Below the pieces are notes generated by a model. That model made no database searches and was not told where the DNA came from. It worked only from the letters and a program-made list of their open reading frames with translations. DNA of 53,091 nt from Collinsella sp. (lineage in GTDB: Bacteria; Actinomycetota; Coriobacteriia; Coriobacteriales; Coriobacteriaceae): the NCBI GenBank assembly GCA_048472015.1, contig DBGAZC010000075.1:1-53091 (forward strand), in the 5' to 3' direction. Below are positions 40,016 through 50,337 of the stretch, piece after piece. Each line of letters begins with the position of its first letter. Position 1 is the first letter of the stretch. A program made the translations under genes and the position numbers.

Positions 40016-41959
40016 CTAGTTAGTCGTGCCGGAATCGTCGCCCGAATCGGAGCCAGAAACCGAAACCGTCAGCGTGATCGTGCTGTCGGTGGACTGCTTA
40101 CCAGTGGGGGAGACGCCCGTCACGGTGGCGTTTTCGTTGCCACTCACGGGGTTGCCGTTCTGATCGCAGAATGCGATGTTGTAGAATCCGGCGTTGTTGA
40201 GCGCGGTGACGGCGGCGGAGATGCTCTTGCCGTACAGGTTGCCCGGAACGCTGGCCTTGCCGGACTTCTTGGCGATGACGACGGTGATCGTGGCGCCGGG
40301 CTTCTGCTTGCCGCTGGGGTTCCAGCTAATGACGGTGCCCTCGGTGACGGAATCGTTCTCCTGGTAGCTCACGTTGACGCCAAAACCGGCCATGTCGAGA
40401 GCGTTGCGTGCCTGGGCCTCGGTCATGTCGGTCAGATCGGGGACGGAGGTGGTGTCAGGACCGCTGGAGACCTTATACGAGATGGTCGTGCCCTTCTCGA
40501 CTTCCTTGCCGGCATCAGTGCCCTGCTCAAAGACCTGGCCTTCGTCGGCCTCGTTGGCCTCCTCGGTTGCGTTGCCCTTCAGGCCCACGCTTGCCAGCGC
40601 GGCCTCGGCCTGGTCCTTGGTTAGGCCGACGAGCTGCGGAACCTCAACTTTCTCGGAGGGCTTGGGGCCCTTGGAGATCACCAGGTTAACCTTGGAGCCC
40701 TTGGGCTTCTTAGTGTTGCCGTTGGGGGTCTGCTCGGCAACCTTGCCCTCGTCGACATCGTCGTTATAGCTCTGGTCGACAGTTCCGACCTCAAGGCCGG
40801 CCTCCTTGATCAGCTCGATAGCGGTCTGCTGGTCCTTGTTAAGCACATCGGGCACCGTAACCTGCTCGCCCCCAAAGAGCCCGGTGGCGAAGGCCACCAC
40901 AACGCCAACCACGGCGATTGCGGCGACTACGGCGGCGATAATCTTGTTCTTGTTGGACTTGGGCTGATCGACCTCGTAGGAACCGGTGGAACCCGAGACG
41001 GTGCTGCGGGGGTTGGTCTGTCCGCTTACGCCCGATACGGGGCGAACCATAGCGCGCGTGGAGTCAGACAGCTCACGGGTCTTGGTGGCGCCCAGGTCGC
41101 CCGCGGCACCGATGATGCGCGTGGGCTCGGAGACGTTGACGGCGCGGCCGGACAGGTAGTTGTTGAGCACCTGGCGCAGCTCGTCTGCCGTCTGGAAGCG
41201 GTTCGACGGGTCCTTTTCCATGCACTTGAGGATGATGCGCTCCAGATCGGCGTCGACGCCGGAGTTGATCTGGCTCGGCGGAACCGGCAGTTCGTTTACC
41301 TGCTTGAGCGCAACCGAGATGGCGTCGTCACCGTCAAAGGGGACGCGACCGGTGGCGCACTCGTACATCACGACGCCCAGGGAGTAGATATCCGAAGTGG
41401 GACCGAGGTCCTGGCCGCGCGTTTGCTCGGGGCTTACGTAGTGGGCGGTGCCCAGTACATTGTTGTCCTGCGTGAGGTGGCTGTTCTTTGCGCGCGCGAT
41501 GCCAAAGTCCATGACCTTGATGTTGCCGTCGGGCAGCACCATGATGTTTTGCGGCTTAATGTCGCGGTGGATGATCTCGTGCTTGTGGGCGACCGAAAGC
41601 GCGGAGCTGATCTGCGAGCCGATCTGGGCGACCTTCTTGGGGTCGAGGGCGCCGTGGCTCTTGATGCCGCTCTTAAGGTCGGTGCCGCGCAGGTACTCCA
41701 TGACGATGTAATAGGTGTCGCCGTCCTTGCCCCAATCGTAGACGCCCACGATATAGGGTGAGGAGAGACCGGCTGCTGCCTGGGCCTCCTGCTTAAAGCG
41801 TGCGGCGAAGGTCGCGTCGCTAGCATACTGCGGCAGCATGATCTTGACGGCTACCGTGCGGTCGAGAACCTGGTCCTGTGCACGGTAGACGGTCGCCATG
41901 CCGCCTGTTCCCACCTTATCCTTGAGGAGGTATCTTCCCCCGAGGACCCTCTGTTCCAT
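40016..41959 (-). CDS. pknB: PASTA-domain Ser/Thr kinase
   Basis: GTGGMATVY, HRDIKPQN, DFG, GTAHYVSPEQ, TM helix, PASTA repeats. Confidence 0.96.
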   Translation of the reverse strand: MEQRVLGGRYLLKDKVGTGGMATVYRAQDQVLDRTVAVKIMLPQYASDATFAARFKQEAQAAAGLSSPYIVGVYDWGKDGDTYYIVMEYLRGTDLKSGIKSHGALDPKKVAQIGSQISSALSVAHKHEIIHRDIKPQNIMVLPDGNIKVMDFGIARAKNSHLTQDNNVLGTAHYVSPEQTRGQDLGPTSDIYSLGVVMYECATGRVPFDGDDAISVALKQVNELPVPPSQINSGVDADLERIILKCMEKDPSNRFQTADELRQVLNNYLSGRAVNVSEPTRIIGAAGDLGATKTRELSDSTRAMVRPVSGVSGQTNPRSTVSGSTGSYEVDQPKSNKNKIIAAVVAAIAVVGVVVAFATGLFGGEQVTVPDVLNKDQQTAIELIKEAGLEVGTVDQSYNDDVDEGKVAEQTPNGNTKKPKGSKVNLVISKGPKPSEKVEVPQLVGLTKDQAEAALASVGLKGNATEEANEADEGQVFEQGTDAGKEVEKGTTISYKVSSGPDTTSVPDLTDMTEAQARNALDMAGFGVNVSYQENDSVTEGTVISWNPSGKQKPGATITVVIAKKSGKASVPGNLYGKSISAAVTALNNAGFYNIAFCDQNGNPVSGNENATVTGVSPTGKQSTDSTITLTVSVSGSDSGDDSGTTN

Positions 41960-42091
41960 TCCTGCTCCTAACATAACTATTCGCTCAACGATGTGTGTAG
42001 TACCTACGATGTGGCCGCTGGGGCCGTGTGACGCGTTGCCGCTAACCCTTAGGCCGCGGCGCGCCTCGGGTGTCCGATTCGATCATGGGCA

Positions 42092-44962
42092 TCACGCTCC
42101 CTGTGCGGCAAGCGCCGCGGTCAGGACGATACCGGCGATCTTGGCGGCCTCGACGTCATGCTTGTCGAAATCCTCCAAGGCCACCGAGATGGCGACCGTG
42201 GGTGAATCGTAAGGTGCAAAGCCAACGAACATCGAGTTGACGTTGGTGCCGCCAGTCTCGGCCGAGCCGGTCTTGCCGGCGACCTTGACGCCGGGGATTT
42301 GGGCATCGGTGCCGGTGCCGGACTGGACGACGGCAAGCATGGCCTGCTTGACCTGGTCGGCCGTGGCGGAGCTGACGGCCTGACCAAGCGAGCGGGACTG
42401 CGTGGTCTTGACCACGGTTCCGTCCGGGGCGAGTACCTGGGCTACAAAGTACGGGTCCATGACCACGCCGCTGTTAGCGATGGCGGCGGCAATCACGGCG
42501 TTTTGCATGACGGTGGTCTGCGGGCCGGGCGTGTGGTCCATGCCGACAGGCTGGCCGGCGCCGGCCCAGGCGGTCTCCCACTCGGTCATGAGCGACGGGT
42601 CGGCCATGATGGAGGCCGCGGAGGTCAGGTCCTGGCCGAGCTTTTGGCCGTAGCCAAAGGCGTTGGCAAACTGCACGAGCGTGTTTGCGCCAACTTCGTT
42701 TGCCACCTGGCCAAAGACGACGTTGGAGGACACGGCAAAGGCCTGCTGCAGGCTGATGGTGCCGTAGCTCTCGTTGGCAGAGTTGGTGACCGGTGCGTTG
42801 CCGATGTCCATGGAGCCGGGCGCCTGGTAGGTGCTGGTAAGGCTGGCGGTACCGGTCTCGAGTGCCGCGGAAAGCGTAACGACCTTAAACGTTGAGCCCG
42901 GCGTGTACAGCGCGTCCATGGCGCGATTGTACATGGAGCCGTCCTCGCCGCCGCCCGTCTGCAGCAGGGCATCGATGTTGGTGTTGTCGTAGGTGGGCGA
43001 GCTGGCACATGCGAGCACCGCGCCGGTACGCGGGTCGATGACCACTACAGCGCCCTTAAAGCCCTTGAGCGCCTGCTCGGCTGCCGTCTGGATACGCGAG
43101 TCGATGGTGAGTTTGGCGGTGTTGCCCGGCTGGGTCTGGCCCGCGAGCGACGCGATGGCGTTGTTCCAGCTGGAGTAGTCCTTAGAACCGGTGAGCGTGT
43201 CGTTCATGACGCTCTCGATGGCGGTGGTGCCATACTGCTGGCTCACGTAGCCAACCACGTGCGCTGCCAGGTTGCCGTTGGGGTAGGAGCGTACGTAGGT
43301 GCCGTCCTCCTGCTGCAGCGACTCGGCCAGCGTCACGCCGTCGGACGTGATGATGGAACCGCGCTGGATGTACTTGGAGCGGGCGATGGTGTGGTTGTTG
43401 GTCGGCATGTCCTGATAGTCCTTGGCCTTGATGACCTGGACATAGGTGAGGTTGCCGATAAGGATGGCGAACAGCGCCGTAAAGGCGAGCACCGCGCGGG
43501 TTAGACGGTTGGCGAGCGCCACGCGGCCGAGCACACCGGATTCAGGTGTGTCGAGCAGGCGACGGCGCATGCGCGAGCCGACGGAATGGCTGCCGCTGCC
43601 GTAGGAAGACGAGGTGGCAAAGCACGTGCCCGTCGGGGCGGCGGCAGATGCGACCTGATCATCGGTGATGGCGGCCATGGTGCCGGTGCCGGTAAGCTCG
43701 GCCTCGCGTCCGGTCGCCTCGTCACCGGCGCGCAGCAGGAGCGCGACGATGATAAAGCTCGCCAGCAGAGAGGAGCCGCCCTGGCTCATAAAGGGCAGGG
43801 TGACGCCGGTCAGCGGGATCAGGCGGGTTACGCCGCCAACGATCAAGAAGGCCTGGAAGCTGATGGCGGCCGTAAGGCCCGTGGCGCTAAAGGCAGCGAG
43901 GTCGGATTTAGCGCGGGCAGCCGTGGTCAGGCCGCGAACGGCAAAGAGCATAAAAAGGATGAGCACGGCGCCGCCGCCCAAAAGGCCCATCTCTTCGCCG
44001 ATAGCCGAGAAGATAAAGTCGGACTCGACGACAGGGATGTTGTTGGCCATGCCGTTGCCGATGCCAACACCGACCAGGCCGCCATCGGCAAGCGAGAAGA
44101 GCGACTGGACGATCTGGTAGCCCTGCCCCTGGGCGTCCTTAAACGGATCGACCCAAACTTGGAAGCGCACCTGAACGTGAGACAGGAACTTGTAGGCGCC
44201 CACGGCTCCGACGGCTAAGAGCGCAAGGCCGATAACGACATACGAAAAGCGCCCCGTGGCAACGTAGAGCATCAGCAAGAAGATGGTGTAGAACAGCACG
44301 GCCGAACCCAGATCGCGTTCGAAGACGACGACGAGCAGGCACACACCCCACACGGCAAACAGCGGCAGCAGCAGTCGCAGGCGAGGGATCTTAAAGCCCA
44401 GGATCTTGCGGTTGGAGATGGAGAGCAGCTCGCGGTTCTCGGCCAGGTACCCGGCCAGGAACAGCACGATAAAGACCTTGGCGAACTCGCCAGGCTGGAT
44501 GGTAAAGCCCGCGATGCGAATCCACAGTTTGGAGCCCGAGATCGTGGTGCCGATAAAGATGGGCAGCATCAGCAGGATGATGCCGATAATGCCAAAGGTG
44601 TACTTGTAGCGCATGACCACGTCGAGGTTTTTGACCAGTGCGAGCGTTCCCACCATCAGGGCCACCGAGACAAACAGGATGATGAGCTGTGAGATGGCGA
44701 GAGCGGGGGCGAGACGCGTCACGAACGTGATGCCGATGCCCGAAAGTATAAATACGATGGGCAGGATGGCGGGGTCGGCACCGGGCGCCAAGATGCGCAC
44801 GGCAATGTGGGCCGCGGCAAAGACGGCAAAGAGGCCGATCGGTACGGCGAGCGTCTCAAAGGAGATGGCAGCGCCCGCGGTGAGGACGTACATCGCATAC
44901 AGCAGGATGACGGGGAACGCCGAGGCGATGAGCAAGAGCAGCTCGGTGTTGCGGCGACTCAT
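42092..44962 (-). CDS. Fused FtsW/RodA glycosyltransferase - class B penicillin-binding transpeptidase
   Basis: QPGEFAK, ERDLG, TGVTLPFMSQGGSS, then STFK, SSN and KTG motifs in one ORF. Confidence 0.94.
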   Translation of the reverse strand: MSRRNTELLLLIASAFPVILLYAMYVLTAGAAISFETLAVPIGLFAVFAAAHIAVRILAPGADPAILPIVFILSGIGITFVTRLAPALAISQLIILFVSVALMVGTLALVKNLDVVMRYKYTFGIIGIILLMLPIFIGTTISGSKLWIRIAGFTIQPGEFAKVFIVLFLAGYLAENRELLSISNRKILGFKIPRLRLLLPLFAVWGVCLLVVVFERDLGSAVLFYTIFLLMLYVATGRFSYVVIGLALLAVGAVGAYKFLSHVQVRFQVWVDPFKDAQGQGYQIVQSLFSLADGGLVGVGIGNGMANNIPVVESDFIFSAIGEEMGLLGGGAVLILFMLFAVRGLTTAARAKSDLAAFSATGLTAAISFQAFLIVGGVTRLIPLTGVTLPFMSQGGSSLLASFIIVALLLRAGDEATGREAELTGTGTMAAITDDQVASAAAPTGTCFATSSSYGSGSHSVGSRMRRRLLDTPESGVLGRVALANRLTRAVLAFTALFAILIGNLTYVQVIKAKDYQDMPTNNHTIARSKYIQRGSIITSDGVTLAESLQQEDGTYVRSYPNGNLAAHVVGYVSQQYGTTAIESVMNDTLTGSKDYSSWNNAIASLAGQTQPGNTAKLTIDSRIQTAAEQALKGFKGAVVVIDPRTGAVLACASSPTYDNTNIDALLQTGGGEDGSMYNRAMDALYTPGSTFKVVTLSAALETGTASLTSTYQAPGSMDIGNAPVTNSANESYGTISLQQAFAVSSNVVFGQVANEVGANTLVQFANAFGYGQKLGQDLTSAASIMADPSLMTEWETAWAGAGQPVGMDHTPGPQTTVMQNAVIAAAIANSGVVMDPYFVAQVLAPDGTVVKTTQSRSLGQAVSSATADQVKQAMLAVVQSGTGTDAQIPGVKVAGKTGSAETGGTNVNSMFVGFAPYDSPTVAISVALEDFDKHDVEAAKIAGIVLTAALAAQGA

Positions 44963-44978
44963 AAGCGGCACTCCCTTT

Positions 44979-46913
44979 CTAATTCTTATCGGAGGCTTCG
45001 GCCTCGGCGGACTGTTCGGCGGTTTTCTCGGAATCTGATTCGGAGGTCGATCCCTGATTGGTGTTGTCGCGAATCGTTTGCGCGTCGATCACCTGGCGGG
45101 TCTGCTCTTCATCGATCTGGTGGCGGTACTTGGATATCGTGTCCTGCGCATCGTCGACACTTGTTTGCGGAATGCCCGCCTTGAGGCGGTTTTGCGTGTC
45201 TTCGGGCAGGTCGGACAGCTTAATGCTGGTTTCGCTTTCGAGCCAGTGGAGCTTGAGTCCGAGCGGCTTGCCGGGCAGGCCGCGCCAGACGGCGACATTG
45301 CCCTGGTAGGTACCCAGGTAGTACGAGCCGGTGACACCCGTGTAGGCCCAGATGCCAGCTGCCAGCACAAAGACGAGGGCCAGGATGGCGGCGATAGTAA
45401 TGTTGCGGCGACGCACGCGCTGCGCCTCGCGCATAACGCCATCGTCAACCAGGTCAACGACTACTACGGTCACGTTGTCGTGGCCGCCGGCGGCAAGCGC
45501 CGCGTCCACTAGATTGTCGACGCAGATTTGCGCGGTTGAGGACTGCGTGGCGATGTTCTCGATATCGCTATCGGGAATCATGCTCGAAAGGCCGTCGGAG
45601 CACAGGATCAGGCGGTCGCCTTCCTCGATATGCAGAGTGAAGTGGTCGGCATACATGGCAGGGTCCGAGCCCAGCGCACGGGTGATGACCGAACGGTTGG
45701 GGTGGACGCGAGCCTCGTCTGCCGTAATCTCGCCGGCGTCCACGAGCTCCTCCACGTAGGAGTGGTCGCGGGTCACGCGGATGAGCGTGCCCTCGTGGAG
45801 CAGGTAGGCGCGAGAGTCACCCACGTGGGCGATGGCGAGCGTGTCGTTTTCGATATAGGCGCAAGTGGCTGTGCAGCCCATGCCGGGCTTGCCCAGGCCG
45901 TTCAGGGCCGCCTCGATTACGGCGGCGTTGGCTGCCTCGACGGCTGCGGCCAGGCGTGCTGCGTCGGCGGACTGCGGGGCCGTCTTGGCAATAGTCTCGA
46001 CGGCGATGGAAGAGGCTACCTCGCCGGCGGCGTGACCGCCCATGCCGTCGCATACGCAAAAGAGCGGCGACTGCACCAGGTAGGAATCCTCATTGTGCGG
46101 GCGCACACAGCCAACGTCGGAGCGGGCGCCCCACATGAGTTGCGTGGTGGTGCCGGCATCATAGGTCGAGTCGGTCTCGATGCGTTCCTCGGTCAGGGGC
46201 TCAAAGCTCATGGTCGAGCCGGGGTCTTTGAGCTTGGCCTCAACGGCGGCAACGTCGATCTCGGCTGTGTCACCGGGAGAGACGGTGTCGGTCTCGGCGT
46301 TTGATTCGGAATCGCCGGTGTCCGGGGAGCCGGGCTCCTCGGACGCGCGGGCGGTCGACTCGTCGTCTTGCGGGCTGACGTCTATAGGCTCGGGTGTCGC
46401 AAAGTGCGACGGCGCGGGCGTGCTTTGCGACTGGGCGGCGGGCTCGGCCACGGTATCGGACTCGCTTGCGGGCGCAGGCTGTGGGGCCTTGGGTGCAGGG
46501 CCGTCCTCGGGGGATGGCCCCGCTTCGGGCGCCGGCGTAGACACGGGCGCAACCTCGGATGCCGGGGCTATGGGAAACGCCGGCGCGGCGGGCTCGGGTG
46601 CCGCAAACACCGCAGCGCTCTCGTTGATTGCCGCGGCGACGGGCTCTGCAAAGTGAGCTGGCGCCGAGGTTGCTTCGGGCGCTGTGGGCTGTTCCGCAGC
46701 ATGTGCGCCGATGGGCGCCGCTACGGCATCCTCTTCGTCCTCGTTATCGGCGAGATCCGAAATATCATGCGTTACATGCGAAAGAGGCAGGGAGAACACG
46801 GTGTCCTCGGGTTCCACGGGTGCGGAGCCCGCCGGAGCGGCGTGGGCCGGCGCAGCTGTGGCGGCAGCCGGTGCCTCGGTCATAGTCGCGGACTTGTTCT
46901 CCTCGTCGATCAT
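44979..46913 (-). CDS. PP2C-type Ser/Thr phosphatase (PstP/Stp1) with long N-terminal extension
   Basis: NEDS, CDGMGGH, HVGDSR, TRALG, CSDGL, GGHDN; C-terminal TM helix. Confidence 0.93.
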   Translation of the reverse strand: MIDEENKSATMTEAPAAATAAPAHAAPAGSAPVEPEDTVFSLPLSHVTHDISDLADNEDEEDAVAAPIGAHAAEQPTAPEATSAPAHFAEPVAAAINESAAVFAAPEPAAPAFPIAPASEVAPVSTPAPEAGPSPEDGPAPKAPQPAPASESDTVAEPAAQSQSTPAPSHFATPEPIDVSPQDDESTARASEEPGSPDTGDSESNAETDTVSPGDTAEIDVAAVEAKLKDPGSTMSFEPLTEERIETDSTYDAGTTTQLMWGARSDVGCVRPHNEDSYLVQSPLFCVCDGMGGHAAGEVASSIAVETIAKTAPQSADAARLAAAVEAANAAVIEAALNGLGKPGMGCTATCAYIENDTLAIAHVGDSRAYLLHEGTLIRVTRDHSYVEELVDAGEITADEARVHPNRSVITRALGSDPAMYADHFTLHIEEGDRLILCSDGLSSMIPDSDIENIATQSSTAQICVDNLVDAALAAGGHDNVTVVVVDLVDDGVMREAQRVRRRNITIAAILALVFVLAAGIWAYTGVTGSYYLGTYQGNVAVWRGLPGKPLGLKLHWLESETSIKLSDLPEDTQNRLKAGIPQTSVDDAQDTISKYRHQIDEEQTRQVIDAQTIRDNTNQGSTSESDSEKTAEQSAEAEASDKN

Positions 46914-47326
46914 CGACGGTTCACCTTCATGACCACGTCGCCAATCTGGACTTCGTCGCCCTCACGCAGCGTCGCGGGCTCCACGAGCTGGCGGCCGTTG
47001 ACGAGCGTGCCGTTAAGTGAGTTGAGGTCCTCGATGATGAGCGCCGGGCCCTGCAGCGAAAAGCGCGCGTGCGAGGCTGAAACGAACGGTTCGTTGATGC
47101 AGATGTCCGAAGATGGCGAGCGACCGACGATGACGGGGCCGAGCATGTCTACGTGGATGCCGCGGATACCGCGCGGACCCTTGTCCACATCGATCGTCCA
47201 GATAGCCGAGTCGCGGCGCTGTCCACGCACAAGTCCCACGCCGGTCTTCATGACGGCGAACAGAAAGATATAGAGCAGGGCGACCAGGACGATGCGGCCT
47301 GCAAAAAGGACGATATCGATGTTCAT
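46910..47326 (-). CDS. Membrane-anchored FHA domain protein (FhaB-like)
   Basis: N-terminal TM helix; GR, S..HA, DLNSLNGT. Confidence 0.92.
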   Translation of the reverse strand: MNIDIVLFAGRIVLVALLYIFLFAVMKTGVGLVRGQRRDSAIWTIDVDKGPRGIRGIHVDMLGPVIVGRSPSSDICINEPFVSASHARFSLQGPALIIEDLNSLNGTLVNGRQLVEPATLREGDEVQIGDVVMKVNRR

Positions 47327-47332
47327 AAGCGA

Positions 47333-48343
47333 CTATCCCCTAAATTCAAAGGTACTCAGGCCAAACGTCAGCAGATCGCCGTTGCGCAGCGGGCAGCGCG
47401 TAATGCGGCGGTTGTTGACGAGCGTGCCGTTGGTGGAATTGAGATCCTCGATCGACCAATCCGAGCCCGTAAAGGTGAGCTGGGCGTGGCGGCGCGACAC
47501 GTTGGGGTCGCGCAGGGCAATGTCGGAAACTGAGCGCTCGCGACCGATGGTCACCTGTGCGGAGGTGATGCTATGGCTCTCGCCGCTCACGACGTCGACG
47601 AGCTGGGCGAGCGGACGCTGCGGGGCGCGAGTGCTCGCCATGTTGGAGGCGATGCCGGCTGCGGCGCCTAGGCCCACGGCGGCACCGGTCGCGGCGGCTC
47701 CGCCCATGCCGGCAAGCGCGTCACGCGAGACGGTCTGCGGCACCGGGATGGGAGCGGCGGGGTCGGGGATGCTAGGCGCGAAGGGGTCTGCCACGGCAAG
47801 CGGGTCGGGAGCGGCGGCGCGAGGCGTCGGCTGCTGCTGGGGCATGGCGGCGGGACGCTGCTGCTGCGGGGCAGCAAACTGCTGCTGGCCGGCGCGCGGG
47901 GCGCTGGCGGCACGGCTTGCCGCGGAGTTGTTCTGGCCCAGGCCGTTTTGATAGGCGCGCTCTTCTTCGTACAGGCGGCCGAGCGTGGGGGCATCGACGT
48001 TCTCGGCAAAGACCGAGAACTTGCCGGCGCGCAGCTGCGGATCGATCATAAAGCGCACGAGGGGCTCGCCGACAAAGACATAGCGGCGCTTTTCGGCCTG
48101 CGCCTTCACAAACTCGCGGACCTCGCGCGAAAGCTCGGGGTAGAACGGGGCGAGCATGGGATCGTCGTCGGCGGCGATAAGGATGGTATAGAGTGCCGGC
48201 GCCGTGTTGACGCCGTTGATCACCAGAGTCTGATCCTCCATGTCGCGAGCGGCCTGCTTGGCAAGCTTCTTAAAGGAGAACGGGGCACGGGTGGCACCGA
48301 AGATGCCGGCCACGTGGTCCTCGAAGATGTTCAGGAAGTTCAC
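47333..48343 (-). CDS. DUF3662 + FHA domain protein (FhaA-like)
   Basis: N-terminal domain, Pro/Ala/Gln linker, IGR..VSRRHA..DLNSTNGT. Confidence 0.92.
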   Translation of the reverse strand: MNFLNIFEDHVAGIFGATRAPFSFKKLAKQAARDMEDQTLVINGVNTAPALYTILIAADDDPMLAPFYPELSREVREFVKAQAEKRRYVFVGEPLVRFMIDPQLRAGKFSVFAENVDAPTLGRLYEEERAYQNGLGQNNSAASRAASAPRAGQQQFAAPQQQRPAAMPQQQPTPRAAAPDPLAVADPFAPSIPDPAAPIPVPQTVSRDALAGMGGAAATGAAVGLGAAAGIASNMASTRAPQRPLAQLVDVVSGESHSITSAQVTIGRERSVSDIALRDPNVSRRHAQLTFTGSDWSIEDLNSTNGTLVNNRRITRCPLRNGDLLTFGLSTFEFRG

Positions 48344-50193
48344 GAAAGATCACTCTCCGTATAGGTTCTTTGGTATCCGAGCAAATATAGGCATATCCCA
48401 ACGATTATAGAGGATAGGATTCCCGCAACCGCCGCCTTGGCGATGACCGCGGCTGCAAGGCTGGCAATTTCCATATGGTGTGCAAGACAGGACGCCGCTG
48501 CGCAGCCGATGCCGGTGACAGCGATGGCGGCGATTGCGGCAAGGTTTGAGCCCTGATTGGCACGCTTGGCATGGGCATTGAGCAGCGCGGATGACGCTGC
48601 GGCAGTTGCCGCGGCCAGCCCAAAGGCAGCCCAAAGGAGCGGGTCTCCCAGCGCTGCGGCAACGTTACCGAGCCCCAGCACGCCTCCGGCTGAAAGCGCG
48701 ACTGTCGCCAGGCGGGCAAAAAGCGCGCCCATGCCCGTTGCCGCGGCGGCGCTTGCCGGGCCGAGCCAAAATGACGCGACGCCGGCGGCGACCCCAGCTG
48801 CCAGGAAGGTATTGCCGGTCAGACAGCCAAGCGCGAGTGCACAGGTGAGTGCGGCGCTCGCGGCAGCCTCGGTGCGACCCCAGGCGATCCACCAACCGGA
48901 CATGGCGGCGGCAAAGATCACCGCGACGGGCAACATCGACAGGATGCTCTGCGCCTGCATGGTGGCGTTGGCCATGAGCACCAAAAAGCCCACAGCCGAG
49001 ATGGCCGAGCCAATCTGGGGGGCCAGGCCAGCCGCCGCTCCGATTGCGATAGCCGCAATGACCAGGCCGGGAAGCGCCGCGACCCCGGCCGTTTGCATCA
49101 GCAAAAAGCTAAAGGTGCCGCACGTTAGCGCCGAGATAGCGCGCATGGTGTAGTCGCGCGCATGGCTCCAGCGCGTGCCCGCCCAGCCAAGTGCGGGGTC
49201 GACCTCGATGGCGTCGTCCTCGTAGTGCGACGGCTCGATACCGTCGAGCTCCTGCTCGTCATCCGAAAGCTCGCCAACCATTTGCTCCAGGCTGCGACGG
49301 CCTTCGCGCACGCTGCCCAGACCGGCAAGGAGCTGGTCGCAAAATGCCTCGATGCTGTTGGGGCGGTCCTGCGGCATGGGGGAGAGCGCGCTCATGAGCG
49401 CGCTCTCGGCTCCCGGGGGAAAGTGTGGTATCAGCTCGCTGGGATAGGTGGCGCCGCCGATGATGCGGTCGAGCGAGTCGGCGGGCGTGGCCGCCATAAA
49501 GGGAGCGCTGCCGCACAGGCCCTCGTAGATCACACAGGCGAGGGCAAAGACATCGGCGCGCTCGTCGACCGTGCCGGTCTCGATATCGAGCTGCTCGGGC
49601 GGCATGTAGCCGATGGTGCCGCCGCGCGAGCCGCCAAAGCCACCGGCGGACGACAGCCGCGCCATGCCAAAGTCGGTGAGCTTTACATTGCCCGAGTGGT
49701 CGATGAGCACGTTGGCGGGCTTAATGTCCAGGTGGAGTACGCCATTACTATGGGCGAAGGTGAGCGCCTGGCCCAGGGCATCGGCAATGGCCGCGGCCTC
49801 GTCAAAGGTAAGTGAGTGGCCGTCCACGCGGTGCAAAAACTCGGCCAGCGACATGCCATCGACATATTCCATAACCAGGTAGGCATAGGCTGTGTCGTGC
49901 GTAAAGTCGATGACCTGCACGATATTGGGATGTTGAAGCATGGCGGCGGTGTGCGCCTCGCGCAGGACATCCATGATGTCGCTGGCGGGCATGCCGGCAC
50001 CGTTGATAAGGGGGATGCGCTTAATGGCGACGCGGCGGCGCAGGTGCGTGTCGCGGCAGATCTCGATGGAGCCAAAACCGCCGGTCGCAAGTGTCTCGAG
50101 CGGCTGGTACCGCTTGAGCAGCTCGCGAGAGCTGGTGCCCTCCAAAGGAACGTCCGGCGAGAACCGGGCGGTATGTTGCGGGAAAAGCGGCAT
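48340..50193 (-). CDS. Ser/Thr kinase with polytopic membrane C-terminus
   Basis: TGGFG, VAIK, HLDIKPAN, DFG, GTIGYMPPE; multiple TM helices; start could be 50199. Confidence 0.92.
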   Translation of the reverse strand: MPLFPQHTARFSPDVPLEGTSSRELLKRYQPLETLATGGFGSIEICRDTHLRRRVAIKRIPLINGAGMPASDIMDVLREAHTAAMLQHPNIVQVIDFTHDTAYAYLVMEYVDGMSLAEFLHRVDGHSLTFDEAAAIADALGQALTFAHSNGVLHLDIKPANVLIDHSGNVKLTDFGMARLSSAGGFGGSRGGTIGYMPPEQLDIETGTVDERADVFALACVIYEGLCGSAPFMAATPADSLDRIIGGATYPSELIPHFPPGAESALMSALSPMPQDRPNSIEAFCDQLLAGLGSVREGRRSLEQMVGELSDDEQELDGIEPSHYEDDAIEVDPALGWAGTRWSHARDYTMRAISALTCGTFSFLLMQTAGVAALPGLVIAAIAIGAAAGLAPQIGSAISAVGFLVLMANATMQAQSILSMLPVAVIFAAAMSGWWIAWGRTEAAASAALTCALALGCLTGNTFLAAGVAAGVASFWLGPASAAAATGMGALFARLATVALSAGGVLGLGNVAAALGDPLLWAAFGLAAATAAASSALLNAHAKRANQGSNLAAIAAIAVTGIGCAAASCLAHHMEIASLAAAVIAKAAVAGILSSIIVGICLYLLGYQRTYTESDLS

Positions 50194-50337
50194 GGCCAAC
50201 CCTCGTGCGTTTAAAGTTCGTTTGCGAGCGGCGGGCGCGGGGCCGAGCCATTCGCGGTGGCATAGATGCTGCTAGTGTAGCACGCTCGGGCGGATGGCGA
50301 GGATAACGGGATGCGAGGCTGCCTGTCTGTCTTGGCC

